Below are positions 47,806 to 64,000 of a stretch of 64,000 nucleotides of DNA, one piece after another. The first letter of the stretch is position 1; every line of letters starts with the position of its first letter. A program made the translations under genes and the position numbers. Origin of the DNA: Amoebidium appalachense (Eukaryota > Protista > Ichthyosporea); the NCBI GenBank assembly GCA_963693365.1, contig CAVNZM010000002.1:12146328-12210327 (forward strand), given 5' to 3'. The notes below the pieces were generated by a model. The model was not told where the DNA came from, did not search any database, and saw only the letters and a program-made list of their open reading frames with translations.

Positions 47806-48346
47806 TTTTTTTTTTTTTTGCCTGAAGGCTCGTAAGGCTTTGTTCGAGCTTATGCAATGTGTGTACGGGCAGGCAAAACCCTATTTTTGGTTTTTGCCTT
47901 AAAGCCAGCAGCTACTGCATATTAGGCTACTTAACTTTATTCTAAGTTTGATTTTTGTTTTTTGTTTAGTGTTTTACCGATTCAATGCAATGTTCAGACG
48001 ATAGATACTACTTCATCAAGTAGCCTTACTGTCCTATGTGATTTGTTTTTTCTTTTGTGCCATGCACTGGCTACGGTATTATGCATTTGGGCTCCTTTGC
48101 CTTAGCCCTCAACTCAAACTGAGGCTTTCCACGTTTCCCCCCACGCACACACACTTTTCCCTTCAAAAACACTCTTTATTCTATTTCATCCTCTTCCCAC
48201 TCATCCCCCCCCGCCCTCCTCCTCCCAACCCCCGCCTGTGTCACTCTTCCCATTATGGGTTTTACAAAGCCGTCTGACGATTCATTGACACGCCGTGGGG
48301 TTCTATCCCACAATTTAATTTATTTATTCATTTTTTTTTTGTGCAG

Positions 48347-48517
48347 GGAGAAAGTGTTGAAAATCTTGCGCTTGCAGAGCCCATGTTCACGCCAGCAGAG
48401 CAGACACCCGGGCCGTCACTGGGACAGAGAATTTCCCGGCTGCTTGATGGCATCAGTGGGGTTCTATGCTGTATGGATGCAAGCGAAGATAGGATAGCTC
48501 TAACGGACGACTCATGA
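48347..48517 (+). CDS. Possible terminal exon of an unidentified gene
   Basis: A strong T-rich acceptor is followed by 56 open codons (GESVENLALAEPMFTP...IALTDDS*). Upstream exons (e.g. 46023-46082) could not be joined confidently. Confidence 0.3.
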   Translation, partial: GESVENLALAEPMFTPAEQTPGPSLGQRISRLLDGISGVLCCMDASEDRIALTDDS

Positions 48518-48670
48518 CACAGGAGTACCTTATAGTTAATATGAACTTTTAAGTTATACTTTCCGCAATAGGTTAAGCGGATGATTGAAGATGGTGTTTT
48601 TTCCCCTTGCTGTTATCTTTTTTTTGGGTGGTGGTGGTGTGCGTGTGTGTGTGTGTGCAGGTGGGTGGGT

Positions 48671-48702
<32 letters not shown>

Positions 48703-49078
48703 GTGGGGGGGGGGGGGGGGGGGTTCTAATGTCTCATTGTGAGTTGTGTGTGGTATTAGGATGTGGTGGTGGGGGTGGGTGGGAGGGTAGGGGAGGAGGG
48801 GTTGGGAGGGGGTGGTTATTACATGCACGTACACATCCATAATGAACTTTCTAGGCTGCAAGTAGTACCGGTACCGTGGCCGGTTCGTTTTGCTATTTTT
48901 TTCTTCATTAGGCAAAGAGCTCATGGACTATAGACGTAGTGAATTACCACACAACTGTACGTGTGCTTCGGCATTTATGCCTTTGCACATGTGTGCACGC
49001 ATTAAAGACAAACACATCTACACGTACTCACAATTACAGTACCGTCTCTCTCCTTATACACAACCTTGTGGGCATGCC

Positions 49079-49143
<65 letters not shown>

Positions 49144-49384
49144 GCCCGTACGTGTACACCGTCACCTACACACACGCAAAAATACACAAGCGCACGCGCG
49201 CGCACGCGCACACACACACACACACACACACACGTACAAACACACAGTTCACAGACGTCCACGGTATGCAATTTAAATGCTTTGCAAATGCCTTCAATGT
49301 TCAATACAATTAAAAATATACATTCCAATACAGATGCAGACTGCCCTCGGTCCCCTCACCATACATATAGCAGATAGTCACAAT

Positions 49385-49815
49385 ACAAAAGACAATCCCC
49401 CCCACCACAAAAGACAATTAATCACTCCAACCACAAAAGTCAACCATCCCCACCTCAGAATACAATCACCACCCTCACAAAGATCATCACAAGAGATAGT
49501 TATATATCCACCACAAAATGCAATCAGCCCCACTACCAGTTTTGAGGGCTATCACCCCCACCCCGAAAGACATTCACTCAGTGGCACCCCAAAAACTATC
49601 ACTCCCACCACGATAGGCAACCACCCCACCACCTGAGACACTCGAGAAAAGGCAATCATCCCCCCCACGAAAGACCAACATCCCCAGCACGAAAGACAAT
49701 CCCCCCCACCACAAATAGCAACCACTCCTACCACGAAAGACAATCATCCCCACCACAAATGAAAATGAAAGACAATGACCCCCACCAAAAAAAGTCAACC
49801 ATCCCCACCACAAGA
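49385..49815. repeat. Degenerate minisatellite (~20-25-bp units, consensus near GAAAGACAATCATCCCCACCAC)
   Basis: Repeated AAAGACAATC...CCCCACCAC units are visible directly. Confidence 0.7.
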
Positions 49816-49819
49816 GGCG

Positions 49820-49902
<83 letters not shown>

Positions 49903-50776
49903 CATCAGAACCTAAAGGAATTGGAAGAGATGCTTAGACATAAACATTAACATACATTCAATCATGTCTACATGTTGGGGCAGATGACATCTTCAGGGCT
50001 TAACAGGAACCTAGTTGCTTTTTATTTTCTTTATGTTTTATAGTCATTTTTGATGTCAGTAAATATTAATACAGATAATTGGACACAGGCGCCCATGGAT
50101 TTAAGGTTACATAACCTCCTATTGATAATTGCTACTTGTTAATTACAAGACTACACGCTTATTATTGACTTGTGGCAGCTGATCGATAGCGTCTGCGGAT
50201 CTACATACGTAGCCACATGGTAAATCGTTTTGCATTAACCTTGGGCGACCAATAAGCACGCACCAATAAATTTGATCTTCAATTCGATAAGACAGTGGAA
50301 CAGGGCTGTCTACAAACCCTTCCCATGGTTGTTGCAGAATGCAGGAAAGCTTCACCCTACCCAAAATTAAGATCAAAAAAAGATTGTGTGTATATGTGTG
50401 TGTGTGCTGTGTGTGTGTGTGCGCATACAGGTGTGAGCATGTGTGCGCGTACGAGGTTTACAACGGGAAATGTCACACAGATTTATAAAAAGGGACGAAC
50501 AAACACAGGCTTTGGAGCATAAGGCAGTCCACGCTCTGAGCAGGAACCCAATCATGCACCATTTATTTCAAATAGCATGCCGGTGAGAAACCAACGATTA
50601 TCCCGTAACACGCATTTGACACATGCTAATATGTAGTGCTGTCATACCGTGGCCGGTAAAAACCCCGGGAAACGAATATGTACACCATATAATGTATAAA
50701 AAGGCCAAGGTGACTACAACATCCGAATGGCCCAAACCCAAAACCGGGTTTTCCGAAGCCATTTCCGGGTTTTTCC

Positions 50777-62796
<12,020 letters not shown>

Positions 62797-63455
62797 TTTT
62801 TTCCGGCTGGCGTCTATCTTTCACAGAGGCAAGTTGAACGTACACTTTCTCAGGTGTGGGCGAGAACGTATGAGAAATACCTCGTAAGATGAGGGAATGT
62901 GAACAACGTTAGCTTGAATTAAGCGGGGGCTTGTTTTGTTTTGCGTTGTGCTGAAGATGAGAAACGACAGCCGAACACAGAGGTTGTATATTCACTGCAG
63001 ATATGCGCGATGGTTAAGTTCTTAACCTCTCCTTGTTGTTTCACTAGAAAAGGTGCTTGTTTTTCTAATAACGTCTTTTCTATTTCCTTTTCACTTGCCA
63101 AGAACGACCGGTCGTGCTGACCGTCGAGTGGGCTGGGGCTGCCGGGTGGCATTCACATGCTGTGTTTTTTGCGCGCCAAAACAACATTGGTCGCCAATCA
63201 AAGTAGACGTTGCAAATTTACAAGATTTACAGTCCCACTATCCTTCGTATATCTCACGTGGTCTACTTCAAATGTGCATTGCAGCACATCTCCGAAGCCC
63301 GGCTCGAGGACTGGTAACGCTTCTTTCTTGCTTTGCGATTAGCTGCAACATAAAATGCCCCACACTTGTAAGATGCTTCTAAGTGCGGAACTTTATATGC
63401 ATATGAGCTCGTTTTCTTTAACTCATGAGGAGAGTGGCTTGGACCATAATTCATC

Positions 63456-63535
<80 letters not shown>

Positions 63536-63744
63536 TACTGAATCTCAACGTGTGAAACAGCATTTGTATGCCTGTTCATCATGAATAGGAAGAAGGCAGA
63601 TTGGGGGGCCGGGAGGGGGAGATGTTTTTCGAAGTTCCATTCTGCTTCTCTCTTCGAACATGTACATGCTTTCCCCTCCTTCCCCCCCCCCCCCCCCCCC
63701 CCCCACCTCTAGGGCCCAACCACATCAGCTGATTCAACTTGCTC

Positions 63745-64000
63745 CGAGCAGAATTGTTCCGCAAAAAGCAGAATTATTCTGCAAAAAGCAAAAGCAGAAT
63801 CGATCTCCTAAAAGCAGAATTATTCTGCAAAAGCAGAATCAATCTGCTAAAAGCAGAATCAATCTGCTGAAAGCAGAATTATTTTGCCAAAAGCAGGATT
63901 ATTCTGCTGTCGAAAGCAGAATGATTCTGCTTTTGCAGAATAATTCAGCTTTTTGCAGAATAATTCTGCTTTTTGCAGAATAATCCGCTTTTGCAGAATA
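63745..64000. repeat. Array of ~20-bp near-palindromic units (AAAAGCAGAATTATTCTGC) that inverts midway; probable MITE/foldback interior, truncated by the window end
   Basis: Units read AAAAGCAGAATnATTCTGC up to ~63915, then TTTTGCAGAATAATTCTGC. Confidence 0.75.

Noticed and set aside
63745-64000. CRISPR-like appearance of the palindromic repeat array (and of the 49385-49815 array)
   Set aside because: There are no unique spacers of constant length, no cas genes, and the context is eukaryotic.

Overview
Intron-rich, microsatellite-saturated eukaryotic DNA, full of poly-C/poly-G, (CA)n/(GT)n and (GA)n tracts. A type II PIP kinase homologue hints at a holozoan; this is inference. Nearly all ORFs in the supplied track are low-complexity artefacts. 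Manual exon stitching with GT-AG and phase checks gives five spliced genes: a PHOSPHO1/2-type HAD phosphatase (-), a PIP4K2-like protein lacking catalytic aspartates (+), a gene with a bacterial-looking extracellular domain (+), a MYND zinc-finger gene (-) with a second, transposon-disrupted MYND exon, and a 16-exon WD40 protein (-). Mobile DNA comprises a Harbinger-type TIR element, a P/hAT-type TIR element, a 32-bp excision-footprint-like relic, a 5'-truncated LINE and decayed protease-bearing retroelement fragments. The most notable observation is a dispersed ~300-bp repeat family, bounded by poly-C tracts and, in every copy traced, sense to the host intron. Three divergent subfamilies keep the same ~160-nt RNA fold by compensatory changes: a kink-turn, two pseudoknot-like pairings, palindromic loops, and hammerhead-like core nucleotides (GUU, GAAA, CUGAGGA) in a non-canonical order. 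All work was by eye; coordinates may be off by a few bases.
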